A stretch of DNA of 42,464 nucleotides from a virus (IMGVR_UViG_3300032257_000034:1-42464), one strand, 5' to 3'. Positions 9,248-18,177 are shown, numbered from the stretch's first letter. The notes: generated from the sequence alone by a model not told the origin. Made by a program: numbers and translations.

Positions 9248-9747
9248 TACTTAATAGTACCTTTTAATAACAGCCGATTAATGTGGCGAATGGTTAAATC
9301 TTCACATAGATCTTTTTTTAGAATATTTTTTATTTCTTCAGGTGAATGTCCAATTTCGCTTAAATGAAGAATATATTTATTGCGCTGAAATTTTAGAAAC
9401 TGCGCAAAAATCGGAATGCGTATACGCGCATTGTCATGATGGCCTTTGTTTATATTCTTCTTATCGAGTATCTGCCAAATACGAATAAATTGGTCGTACC
9501 CTATATCCTCTGCCACTTCAATCCATGTATCACTTAAGCCATGCGCTTTTAACTCATCAATACGGCTATCGTTCAGCATTTTTTCGTAAATCGCTTTTTC
9601 GGATTTTTTGCAGATATCTAGGTACCCACCCCCCCTATTGGGGGTGCATCTATGTTCTTGCCGACCCCCCACCCCTGCAGAGTCAAGACCAGGGCGAGTA
9701 TCTTTATCATTCATTCCAGTAATTGAATTGCGTGATTGTGTTGACAT
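9247..9747 (-). CDS. Mor/C-like transcription activator (start uncertain)
   Basis: W.EVAE.IG...F..IW dimerisation-like segment followed by QRN..I...C-terminal HTH, as in the Mu Mor/C family. Confidence 0.6.
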   Translation of the reverse strand: MSTQSRNSITGMNDKDTRPGLDSAGVGGRQEHRCTPNRGGGYLDICKKSEKAIYEKMLNDSRIDELKAHGLSDTWIEVAEDIGYDQFIRIWQILDKKNINKGHHDNARIRIPIFAQFLKFQRNKYILHLSEIGHSPEEIKNILKKDLCEDLTIRHINRLLLKGTIK

Positions 9748-9789
9748 GATAGTTATAACCTCTTGATTTAATTACATCGGTACTACTGC

Positions 9790-9820
9790 GAACTGCGTGT
9801 TAGTACATAAGGCGCAATTC
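9790..9820. other. dif/loxP-like tyrosine recombinase core site
   Basis: GAACTGCGTGTT-AGTACAT-AAGGCGCAATTC: imperfect inverted arms around a short spacer, about 180 bp downstream of the XerC-like gene. Confidence 0.45.
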
Positions 9821-10003
9821 AAAGAGATCCACGGAGCTGGTGAGTTAGGCCGTTCTAAAGGAAAGTTCTGGAGGCATGTATCGTTGTCTAGCAGAGCCCG
9901 TCCTATATAGAGAGTGTTAGGGGAGTAGGTTGGCAGTATCCAAGTTCTACGCAGTTGTTGAGCCCGTAAAGGCAACCTGAATGCCTTTATTATATATTTC
10001 GGG

Positions 10004-11014
10004 TTACTTTCCATGACGCAGTAACTCTTTAGTAATGGCTGTCATCGGTGTGTTGATTTGGTTGAGAGGGTTAGCCTTATCAACTGACTGAGCTAATTTG
10101 CGCGCCGCTAAGTGGGTGTATATCTGAGTAGATGCAGGGTTTGCGTGGCCCATTAGTGCTTGGCGAACAGACTCTTGCACATCGTTCTCGGCCAACTCAG
10201 TACCAAACAAATGTCGCAATGAGTGTGGATGCTGTTGATTACGAGGAAGGCCTGCAGCGGCGGCGTGCTTAACGATCATCTTTTGGATGCCACTATCTGA
10301 CATTCTTCTTCTCTCGCCGTGATACTCATGTGGCTTTACATTTTTATTGCCCAATGAAATAAATAAAACCTTATCGCCAGTCGGTAAGGTTCTATCGATT
10401 TTAGTTATGTCCGGGTGAGCTAAGTATGCACGTATTAAATGCCTGGCTTCATGTGGTACCGGTATTAACCTCTCCTTTTCTCCTTTCTCTAGTACTTTTA
10501 ATATCAACCACTCCTGACCTTCTATTGAAGTAAAAACGAGGTTTGATTCATTTAATCCTGTTAGGCCACCAAGCCGAATGCCGGTGCCAATAAATAAAGT
10601 AATGATTGCTGTATCGCGTAAACCTGCAAACGTTTCCAGGCTAGGTTGCATTACCAGGCGTTCAGCATTCTTAATGCTCATAGCCACTGGTAACCGTCGA
10701 CCAATTTGTGGATAAGGCAATGTGGTCGCTGGGTTACTTTGTATTTTTTTATTCTTCAATAAGTATTTATAAAAGCCGCGAATAGCAGCAACGAGTGGGC
10801 GGCGAGAACGTGGTGTTAAGCCTTGCTCATGTGCAAATGTGCCAGTGAATTTTTCAAGGTTTTTTATATCCAGCTCTAAAAATTTTAGATCTTCTTTTTT
10901 TGACCAGGCAAGCAAACGGTCAAGGAAGCTCTTATATTTTTTTATCGTTAACTTACTTCGGCCTTTGTTGTATTGCAGCTGCCGTAAAAAATCATTAATT
11001 AAATCGTTGTTCAC
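10004..11014 (-). CDS. XerC/D-like tyrosine recombinase
   Basis: N-terminal core-binding domain; GIR, KG.KER, HSLRH, MGH and TQIYTH catalytic residues intact. Confidence 0.93.
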   Translation of the reverse strand: MNNDLINDFLRQLQYNKGRSKLTIKKYKSFLDRLLAWSKKEDLKFLELDIKNLEKFTGTFAHEQGLTPRSRRPLVAAIRGFYKYLLKNKKIQSNPATTLPYPQIGRRLPVAMSIKNAERLVMQPSLETFAGLRDTAIITLFIGTGIRLGGLTGLNESNLVFTSIEGQEWLILKVLEKGEKERLIPVPHEARHLIRAYLAHPDITKIDRTLPTGDKVLFISLGNKNVKPHEYHGERRRMSDSGIQKMIVKHAAAAGLPRNQQHPHSLRHLFGTELAENDVQESVRQALMGHANPASTQIYTHLAARKLAQSVDKANPLNQINTPMTAITKELLRHGK

Positions 11015-11087
11015 TACTTACTCCTAGAAAATACATGTGGGAAAACCACTTTTATCTACACAAAAAATGATGTACATAGTCTAAACA

Positions 11088-11377
11088 CTTGCCCCCGCAG
11101 CCCTTAAATCACGTTACTTATTGATTTCTATAGGAAAAACAAGGGGGCAAGTTGTTTTGTCACTAGCCCCCTAATTTCATTAGTTTGCTAAAAGACCTTG
11201 ATATATCAATAACTTATTAAGGGGCAAGTACTTTTACAATAACGCTCACTTGCCCCCTGCTTGCCCCCGCAGCCCCCTGCTTGCCCCCTCACTTGCCCCC
11301 TACTAGATACATAAATAAATATATATAATTCAATAAGTTAAATAATAAATAATGCTTTAGGGGGCTGCGGGGGCAAG
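11088..11377. repeat. Iteron-like CTTGCCCCC array with IHF-like sites, putative replication origin
   Basis: Eight CTTGCCCC(C) copies in both orientations plus about four variants, separated by AT-rich spacers. TATCAA-TAAC-TTA at 11204-11216. Lies immediately downstream of the primase-helicase. Confidence 0.75.
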
Positions 11378-11451
11378 CATTCTAATAAATGTACACCTAG
11401 TTTTTCCCTGTTCTTGATAAAAAAATTAGGTATGTTGCGTAAGTCATTGTT

Positions 11452-14400
11452 CTATATAGCGGCGCGAGTTTCTTGCGCCTTCGGCGCGGGTTCTGGGGTA
11501 TCAGCCCATGCGTATCTGAAATAACGCGTGCCGTTTACTTTCTTGGTGTAAATAATCGACCAACCTGCCTCTTCTAGAGTTGAGAGTTCATTATTGATAC
11601 GCACGCCAAGCTGGCGTGCGTTCTTAAATATAATTTTTAAACCATACTCTCGGGCATAGCGTTGCATCATGGCGAGTAGATCAGCGGTTGATGCTTCAAA
11701 TGAATATATACGCGGGCGTGTCGACAATCCAAATTCATCCTCGCCGTTATCTCTATCAATATAAATGCCCATCATTGGGCACCAAACTTTATTGTCTCTC
11801 TGCTCAGCACTGCGTGAGAAGTCGATAAGGAAAGTCCGTTTTAAACCATCAAGTAACTGTAAAACGGCGTTTGTGCCCTGCTCACTCTCTTTAGCGTGTT
11901 CATTCTGGTACTTAACCCACGCATCCAATAAAACATACTCAGGCGCTCTGTCACCGGCATCTGCTTTTAATTCATCTGGCAATGGAATGTATTTCAGTAA
12001 CACCCTCGAGATTAAAGCCAGTATGGCCATAAATTCTGATGTTCGGTCTTTTGAAAAATGCTTATGGTGTTCTCGAATATATTTAATGTAATTTTTATGC
12101 TGCTCAAGTTCCGGAATAACCTTATTGGCGAGTAGCTGTATCCAGGCACTTAATATTTCATTGCGCTTGCCCATTAACTTCATTTCAATTTCAGATTCAA
12201 TAAAGTCTGTACGCTGATAACGTTTTGAAAAGTTAACCAGGTACGTTCTATTGATTAGTTCCGGTTTGGCAAACGGTTCAATCGCTGTAATGCAGACCAG
12301 GCAATTTAATTTTTCAGTGGTTACGCCTGATTCAGTTCCACCTTTACGTTTTATATTTGTGGCTCCGGTTGCTGCAAGCAATAAAAAATTAAGTTGTTGC
12401 TTATTAATATCATCCGTTTCAAGGTTGTCTTTTATAATTAATGGTTCGGTTGACCCCATCGAATAATCACCTGCAGTACTCGACCGACCAACCATACTTT
12501 TTCCATACAATAAGATTGAGCCAAATTTCGCGCAGGTTGTTTTACCACTACCTGATCCACCCTCCATTTTCATTAGCGCTTTACTAGGCGTTAAAGGCAT
12601 AAGATAGGGAGATAGCAACCACGAAAGAATCAAATAACGCTGAGCAAGGTCACAGGTCATTGTGTCAAAAATTAATGCTTTTAAATCACGCATACCTGCG
12701 TCTACATTCACCTCGGGGTCGTAACTGAATTCTTGCATTTGTTCAGACTCCGCTAATAAAACAGCATGCGGATTAGTTCCGTTCTCCATCATTTCCGCTT
12801 CACCTGCAGATAATTTTAATATTCGATTTGCGGGGTCCTTTAAATTTAGAAATACATTGGGGCCAGTGCCGTCGTCGGTCATGTGTACCCAACTAAATGC
12901 ATTGAGCCTATCGCCACGGTTATAACAAAGCGCCTTTAATTCGGCATGCACGTACTTAGATAATTGTTGAGTGGAATTAAGGTCAGCCTCTTTATGTAAT
13001 AAAGATTCCCACGCAGTGTTGCTGCCAATAGTATAAATTTTATGATGATAAAAAAGGTGCAATGTATCGTCCGACACAAAGAACTTGCCGTGGCTTTTAA
13101 AGTAATCCCATATTGCGCGAGACACTACGCGCATAAAAGCTTCAGGTGGTTTTGAGTTACCGTCACCAACATGAAAAGCACCTTCTATTTGTTTTATTTG
13201 CTCACGTAAATCAAAGCCGGTTTTAATGTTTTCGAGTATGGCATCACGAGAAAAACCAAATTTTTGTAATTCAAAAATAATGGTGTCTCGTTGCATGTCG
13301 GGCACTTGGCCAAGCAATTCAAAATAATCAATGTCTTCTAGCCAGTTTAATGTGGCGTTGGCGTCTTCTTTTATCTCGGCCGGTATAACTTTAAGTTCCC
13401 ACAATAATGGGTGCTGAGCTTTTTTGATTATTGATTGCACTCGTTTGTTTGCGGTGGCTTTGTCTTTCTGAAGGAAGTCGTCCGGGTCTTCGCCCGGTTC
13501 CATAAATGCGCTGGCAACTGAAACAGTACAATCCGGCTGTCGAAGTAAATGATTATAAAGTTTTCGAGTGTATTGGACACCTGCAGGGGGTTTACCGTTT
13601 GTGCCGTACTTAGTATCAAAGTCAAACCATAGAACAAAATGTTTACCATTTGAGTGAGTGAGTAACCATTGAATTTGTTTGGTGCTCAAATTGCCCAGTG
13701 TGGCCATAACATTACGAATGCTTACATCTAAAAAACTGGCGTAGTCGTTTTCACCTTCAACAATATTAATTATTGAGTTATTGATGCCGCGTTGATTACC
13801 CCATAACAAGCCGCCTATTCTATTTTCAGTTTTAAGCTGGTAGTCAATTTTTTTACGTGGATCTTTAATAGTGAAATGGCCAATGTCGCCGGTTTCGTTT
13901 CGATGCGGAAAAACAATAAGACCCGGCACAAAGTAATCGCGCCATTCGCCCGTTGGCTCGCCTTTAATTTTCTTTTCAACATACAAACCAGACTGTTTTA
14001 TCTTGTCGAGCGATATCCCTTGTTTCTGTAACGCTTCAGCCATTTTGCCATCGGTAAAGCCAATTTCCATTGTATCGATAGTACTTTGAATATGGCCACG
14101 CCCGTCTGGTTTTGGTGATGTTAAATAAGCCATGCTATCCGGCCTATTGGCTAAAACGCCACGATAATATGCTGTGGCAGCATCTAACACTTCATGCAAT
14201 AAGCTAGTTTTGTTTTTTGCTGCGGCGTCTTGTTGCGCCTTCGGCGCGGGTAGTTCTACATTAAAATGTTTGGCAACATTACGAAGCGCTTCGCCTTTAC
14301 CAAGTTGGTGATAAAGCTCTGCAAAGGTGAAAACATCCCCACCCTCGCCACAAGATTGACATTTAAAAGTGTCTTCGTTTTCACCAAAAACATTAAAGCA

Positions 14401-14574
14401 ATCATTATGTTCGCATAATGGGCAAGGGTTAAAGCGGGTACTATTACCTGTTTTTTTAGGCGTGCTCTCGGTGCTATCGTCAATGTAATTAATTAGGTTC
14501 GAACGTTCTTTTACCTTTGTATATATTGCTGCTACTTCTTGTTTTTTATCTATGGTTTCATTTGGATTGGCCAC
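11452..14574 (-). CDS. DNA primase-helicase (Zn finger + TOPRIM + P-loop ATPase)
   Basis: CPLC..H...CQSC Zn finger, VEGENDY / FDFD / DPDD TOPRIM motifs, GGSGSGKTT Walker A. Confidence 0.92.
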   Translation of the reverse strand: MANPNETIDKKQEVAAIYTKVKERSNLINYIDDSTESTPKKTGNSTRFNPCPLCEHNDCFNVFGENEDTFKCQSCGEGGDVFTFAELYHQLGKGEALRNVAKHFNVELPAPKAQQDAAAKNKTSLLHEVLDAATAYYRGVLANRPDSMAYLTSPKPDGRGHIQSTIDTMEIGFTDGKMAEALQKQGISLDKIKQSGLYVEKKIKGEPTGEWRDYFVPGLIVFPHRNETGDIGHFTIKDPRKKIDYQLKTENRIGGLLWGNQRGINNSIINIVEGENDYASFLDVSIRNVMATLGNLSTKQIQWLLTHSNGKHFVLWFDFDTKYGTNGKPPAGVQYTRKLYNHLLRQPDCTVSVASAFMEPGEDPDDFLQKDKATANKRVQSIIKKAQHPLLWELKVIPAEIKEDANATLNWLEDIDYFELLGQVPDMQRDTIIFELQKFGFSRDAILENIKTGFDLREQIKQIEGAFHVGDGNSKPPEAFMRVVSRAIWDYFKSHGKFFVSDDTLHLFYHHKIYTIGSNTAWESLLHKEADLNSTQQLSKYVHAELKALCYNRGDRLNAFSWVHMTDDGTGPNVFLNLKDPANRILKLSAGEAEMMENGTNPHAVLLAESEQMQEFSYDPEVNVDAGMRDLKALIFDTMTCDLAQRYLILSWLLSPYLMPLTPSKALMKMEGGSGSGKTTCAKFGSILLYGKSMVGRSSTAGDYSMGSTEPLIIKDNLETDDINKQQLNFLLLAATGATNIKRKGGTESGVTTEKLNCLVCITAIEPFAKPELINRTYLVNFSKRYQRTDFIESEIEMKLMGKRNEILSAWIQLLANKVIPELEQHKNYIKYIREHHKHFSKDRTSEFMAILALISRVLLKYIPLPDELKADAGDRAPEYVLLDAWVKYQNEHAKESEQGTNAVLQLLDGLKRTFLIDFSRSAEQRDNKVWCPMMGIYIDRDNGEDEFGLSTRPRIYSFEASTADLLAMMQRYAREYGLKIIFKNARQLGVRINNELSTLEEAGWSIIYTKKVNGTRYFRYAWADTPEPAPKAQETRAAI

Positions 14575-14653
14575 TATAAATCCCTTGTAATTTTAATTGT
14601 ACTTGGCGCGGGCACCTGGTTCATTATTAACTCATCATTATTCTGTTATAGGG

Positions 14654-14938
14654 TTAGTCATTATTTAGATGGCTTTCTAGTTTTTCTTGAATCTTTTCTA
14701 TCCTTGATTCAAGATATAAAACGTATGAAGCTAACGCTGTATTACCAGACGCACCTATTTTGTCGGCTTTATTCTTCAATTCGGTATCACGATCTAATTT
14801 ATATTCAGCCTCACATTGAAGGCGAAATTCTAGAAGCTCGTTTCTATATTCTTCAAAGAAGATAGTTTCTTCAATATCCCAACAAGGATCTCTTTTCCAG
14901 CTATCTTTTAACTCATTAACTTCTTTGCGCGTTTTCAC
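14654..14938 (-). CDS. Hypothetical phage protein
   Basis: 94 aa with AGGA RBS and W..DPCWDIEET motif. Confidence 0.7.
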   Translation of the reverse strand: MKTRKEVNELKDSWKRDPCWDIEETIFFEEYRNELLEFRLQCEAEYKLDRDTELKNKADKIGASGNTALASYVLYLESRIEKIQEKLESHLNND

Positions 14939-14962
14939 AGTATTGTCCTGTTATATGGTTAA

Positions 14963-15466
14963 TTAAAACCTTACTGGTTTTGTATCGGCTTTGATATATA
15001 AAGGATGGCGTGGCTGTCCTGCAATTGTCCTACCTAAGCACATCATTTGTTTTTCGCGTTCAATTAATTTTCTAACGTCGAAGCCTCTAGCTAAGTGGGA
15101 TCCGTTAGCCCCCCATGCAGCTAAAATCATTCCTGAATTTTTCGCGTTTTTTAATAATCTGTCATCGTTAGATCCACCAATAGGTGAAACATTCCTAAGC
15201 ATATCTTTTGGTTTTGTCGCTCTGACTGCAAACAAATTCATCATGCAAAGCCCACCGAAACCCCAATCAAACGCAAATCTTTTGCAGCGACGAATGGTTG
15301 GATCATCTTCGGCTTCATTGGCGGTGGACGGGTTAAGCCCTATAACCATTAAAAATGGTTTCTCTCTATCCCATATACGCCATAGGTCATATCGATATTT
15401 TCTATCATTCGAGAATTCAGCGTATGTTTCTATGGCTAAGCAGCGAATAGGCTTAGATTTAATCAT
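14963..15466 (-). CDS. DUF1643-family protein
   Basis: YRY.L.R.W, IGLNPSTA...DDPTIRR, NLFA.RAT.P, AWG and PRHPLY motifs. Confidence 0.88.
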   Translation of the reverse strand: MIKSKPIRCLAIETYAEFSNDRKYRYDLWRIWDREKPFLMVIGLNPSTANEAEDDPTIRRCKRFAFDWGFGGLCMMNLFAVRATKPKDMLRNVSPIGGSNDDRLLKNAKNSGMILAAWGANGSHLARGFDVRKLIEREKQMMCLGRTIAGQPRHPLYIKADTKPVRF

Positions 15467-15467
15467 T

Positions 15468-15620
15468 TCATTTACCTCGATTCATTTTTAATTGCTCAAG
15501 TTTAAGTTGCTCGTTAATTTCACATAGGTAATGACAGCGTTCATTAGTAACAGCATCGAGAACATAAAGTCTTTTTGTGTTTACTCGCTTCCCGCAATAA
15601 GGACATGCGTTTTTACTCAT
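15468..15620 (-). CDS. Small Zn-finger-like protein (50 aa, MSKNACPYCGK...)
   Basis: Translated by hand. CPYC...H..C pattern; tightly packed with neighbouring genes. Confidence 0.5.
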   Translation of the reverse strand: MSKNACPYCGKRVNTKRLYVLDAVTNERCHYLCEINEQLKLEQLKMNRGK

Positions 15621-15726
15621 AGAGAACTAATTCAATCGTTGATTGCATGTCTGGCATTCGGCTACACCCTGTAAATAAAAACGTAACCGTGAATAGAATT
15701 GCAGTTATAAATATTAGAACTTTCAT
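15613..15726 (-). CDS. Very small predicted lipoprotein (37 aa, MKVLIFITAILFTVTFLFTGCSRMPDM...)
   Basis: Translated by hand. GAGGTG RBS, hydrophobic signal and FTG-C lipobox. Confidence 0.5.
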   Translation of the reverse strand: MKVLIFITAILFTVTFLFTGCSRMPDMQSTIELVLYE

Positions 15727-15747
15727 TAACTCACCTCTTCGATATAG

Positions 15748-15864
15748 TTTTTAATAAGTGGCCTTGGTTTAACAATTAATGATACTGCGACCCAACTACA
15801 ACAGTTTTTTATATTGGGTTGCCGCCCTCATTCGGTCTAGCTAGTATCGGCCACTTATTAAAAA
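15748..15864. repeat. Perfect 16-bp inverted repeat enclosing nested stems
   Basis: TTTTTAATAAGTGGCC (15748-15763) / GGCCACTTATTAAAAA (15849-15864). Confidence 0.85.
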
Positions 15865-15930
15865 TTACTCTTTTGAACAATTTCAACCATTGGCTGCACA
15901 TAACCTGCGCTATGCACAGCCATTCATTGA

Positions 15931-16176
15931 TTAAGCTGCGTCTTTTTCAGCTTGTTCTTTTTGATAAGACATCCACTCAGCCGAACCGACAATGCATTCG
16001 GATTCGCCCTGGCATAGAACGACACTGGTTCGACCAAAAGCGTTACCGTTTTGGTCAAAGCCACCGATATTTATACATGAATCATTGTGGACGTAGGTGA
16101 TCAAAGCCGGTACACGCTGATCTGATACACCATCATTAAATAAAACTACTCGCCCAATTGTTGGTTTAATATTCAT
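15931..16176 (-). CDS. Hypothetical phage protein
   Basis: 81 aa; KPTIGRVV...PALIT.V pattern typical of small phage proteins. Confidence 0.75.
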   Translation of the reverse strand: MNIKPTIGRVVLFNDGVSDQRVPALITYVHNDSCINIGGFDQNGNAFGRTSVVLCQGESECIVGSAEWMSYQKEQAEKDAA

Positions 16177-16259
16177 TTTTACTTTTCCTTTGGCGGATTA
16201 TTATAAGTTTCAGTGGCACGCAATCCGCTTTAAATATGCTACTGAATAAGTATTTATAT

Positions 16260-16853
16260 TTATTTATTTAATTCGATATTAGCTTCGCGCCAAGCTCTAT
16301 TCACTTCAAAGAATGCTTCGTCTGTACCACCTTTATCTGAATGCGCATTGCTTCTTGCTTTCTTATAGGCTTTGTTAGCCTCTACCCAATCATTACCGTG
16401 ATAATCAAGAACATCACGCCAACTGCGAACAGCATCCGGATTAGGCAAAGCAGTGAAGCCAGAAAAAGTTCTATCTAATATTTCACCACCACCCCAGCGT
16501 TTAATACCGCGCATGGCTTCAATCGTTTTACCGATGGCATAAAGGTTGTCTGAAATTTTGTTGTACTTGTCTAAGGCAATCACACGTTGTTCATCAGCAT
16601 CTTTCCACCAAACTGCAGCTCCTTTATCATCTGGTTCACGCTGACTAGAATAGGGCAGACCATCATTTCTAAGCCTTAAATCAGTTGAAATTATTATGTT
16701 CCAATCTTTTATTCCCATACGGGCTAATTCTTCAATTACAAATTTTGTTGCCTTTGAAATAGAATGATTTGAAAACTGGCTTGTTGTTGGTAGTTTTGTT
16801 CGCTTCCAGCCCTCGGGCCATGTTAAGGGTGATGCTGTTATGTGTTCGCTCAT
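16260..16853 (-). CDS. Phage protein with C-terminal J-domain-like region
   Basis: PL.WP.GW.RT N-terminus and AYKK...AHSDKGG C-terminus (HPD altered to HSD). Confidence 0.75.
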   Translation of the reverse strand: MSEHITASPLTWPEGWKRTKLPTTSQFSNHSISKATKFVIEELARMGIKDWNIIISTDLRLRNDGLPYSSQREPDDKGAAVWWKDADEQRVIALDKYNKISDNLYAIGKTIEAMRGIKRWGGGEILDRTFSGFTALPNPDAVRSWRDVLDYHGNDWVEANKAYKKARSNAHSDKGGTDEAFFEVNRAWREANIELNK

Positions 16854-16855
16854 TA

Positions 16856-17650
16856 TTAATCTCTTTTTTCCAATGAAAATCTTTTTGTTTCTAACTTAGC
16901 CAGGGCTCGCATATTCGGTTTGAGTTCATCAGGTAGGTCGTTATAACCATGCCGATTCCTGTAAAGGATTTCCGCTCTGGTTATAAGCTCAAGATTTCCT
17001 ATAACGCAATTAAGTTTATTACCGTCGACAAAAGAAACAACCATGGCCTTTGGGATTTTTCCGTGCAGCTCTTCCCATATAACAATATGCTTGGCTCGCC
17101 AGCGAGTTTTAAATGTTGTATATGGATCTGATTCATTAATTTTAATAAGAATATATCCGTCTTTTGAGCAAATACGTTCTGACCCAACGGGTTTTATATT
17201 TATTGCCTTTTGGCCTTTTACAAAGGACCCTGAATTTGCTTTCATTTCACCTTTGGTTTTTTTATTCCATGGCTTATTATCTTTGCTAAAGCAGCCTGTT
17301 CTACCTGATTTAATTTTATGATTTTTTATAAAATATCTTATCTGCTTAACTGACTTATCGATATTAAATTTTTCATTTAATGCTGCAGTCAGTTTGTTAA
17401 CATCTTTTTCTTTATACACATCAATAACGAAAGCGACCTGTTCAGCCGTTAACAACGTGTATACGCCTTTTCTATTATTGCCTTTACGACCGCAGGTGAT
17501 ACCTCTACATTTTAAAACCGTTTTTATTGCACAGAGTGATTTATCTGTTTCAAAATATTGATTAAAAGCTACTGTCAATTCGTGAATTGGCATTGACGCA
17601 AAGCCTTCACGTAAAAAATCAATATGCTCTGTTGAATAACGAAAAGTCAT
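16856..17650 (-). CDS. HNH-family endonuclease-like protein
   Basis: F.K...PWNK-type repeats and KH..IWE..HG.IP....V.F.DGNK.N....NL motif. Confidence 0.8.
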   Translation of the reverse strand: MTFRYSTEHIDFLREGFASMPIHELTVAFNQYFETDKSLCAIKTVLKCRGITCGRKGNNRKGVYTLLTAEQVAFVIDVYKEKDVNKLTAALNEKFNIDKSVKQIRYFIKNHKIKSGRTGCFSKDNKPWNKKTKGEMKANSGSFVKGQKAINIKPVGSERICSKDGYILIKINESDPYTTFKTRWRAKHIVIWEELHGKIPKAMVVSFVDGNKLNCVIGNLELITRAEILYRNRHGYNDLPDELKPNMRALAKLETKRFSLEKRD

Positions 17651-17880
17651 TAGCTATTAGAACCCAACATAGGTACGCTATTTTTTATAACATTTGGCGA
17701 TAATTCGGTTTTAGCTTTTAGAACAAGCTCCCCATTTTTGATTATACTTTGAGCCACGCTGGCCATTGCTTTAGACCGTTCGATCTCCTGCTTTAATTCA
17801 TCACCTTCAAGTGATGAATTATTTAATCTATTCAATTGTTCAAATAGATTTTCATTTAAACCTGCTAAATTATTACTCAT
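17650..17880 (-). CDS. Hypothetical phage protein coupled to the HNH gene
   Basis: LN..LFEQL.RL...EI.RSKA helical protein; single-base overlap with the HNH gene. Confidence 0.75.
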   Translation of the reverse strand: MSNNLAGLNENLFEQLNRLNNSSLEGDELKQEIERSKAMASVAQSIIKNGELVLKAKTELSPNVIKNSVPMLGSNS

Positions 17881-17890
17881 AACTCACCTA

Positions 17891-18139
17891 CTACCTTTTA
17901 TTTTTGGTATTAAAATCTAGAATGGCATGGTCGAGATAGCTCATGCCGTCTGAGCATAATCCGCAACCGCACCAGGCTATCCATGTGCGCTTTTCGAAAT
18001 CGAAAGAGATATCGGGCTTTCCATCACCACAGCGGCATGAGTCTCTTTCTGGCATACCCTTTAATAAAAACTCTAAACTGGGTAGTAGTATGTTTTGTTT
18101 TGCATGTATTGCCGTTGGCATAATTTGTATAAACCTCAT
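17891..18139 (-). CDS. Lar-like (restriction alleviation) Zn-binding protein
   Basis: C.CG...C.CG...AI..FN pattern resembling the Lar family. Confidence 0.45.
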   Translation of the reverse strand: MRFIQIMPTAIHAKQNILLPSLEFLLKGMPERDSCRCGDGKPDISFDFEKRTWIAWCGCGLCSDGMSYLDHAILDFNTKNKR

Positions 18140-18145
18140 TTGATT

Positions 18146-18177
18146 AAAAAAAGCTGCACGGCAAAAGCGCCGGCAGC
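18146..18177 (-). terminator. Intrinsic terminator
   Basis: GCTGCCGGC-GCTTTT-GCCGTGCAGC followed by T7 on the - strand. Confidence 0.6.

Noticed and set aside
9772-10014. 80-aa ORF after the XerC-like gene
   Set aside because: No recognisable motifs, and it overlaps the candidate recombination site; more likely non-coding, though not excluded.
11088-11377. Possible CRISPR array or MITE
   Set aside because: Units are about 9 bp, irregularly spaced and in both orientations; no target-site duplication was seen. An iteron interpretation fits better.
16260-16400. Functional DnaJ co-chaperone
   Set aside because: The HPD motif is HSD and the domain is truncated, so it is only called J-like.
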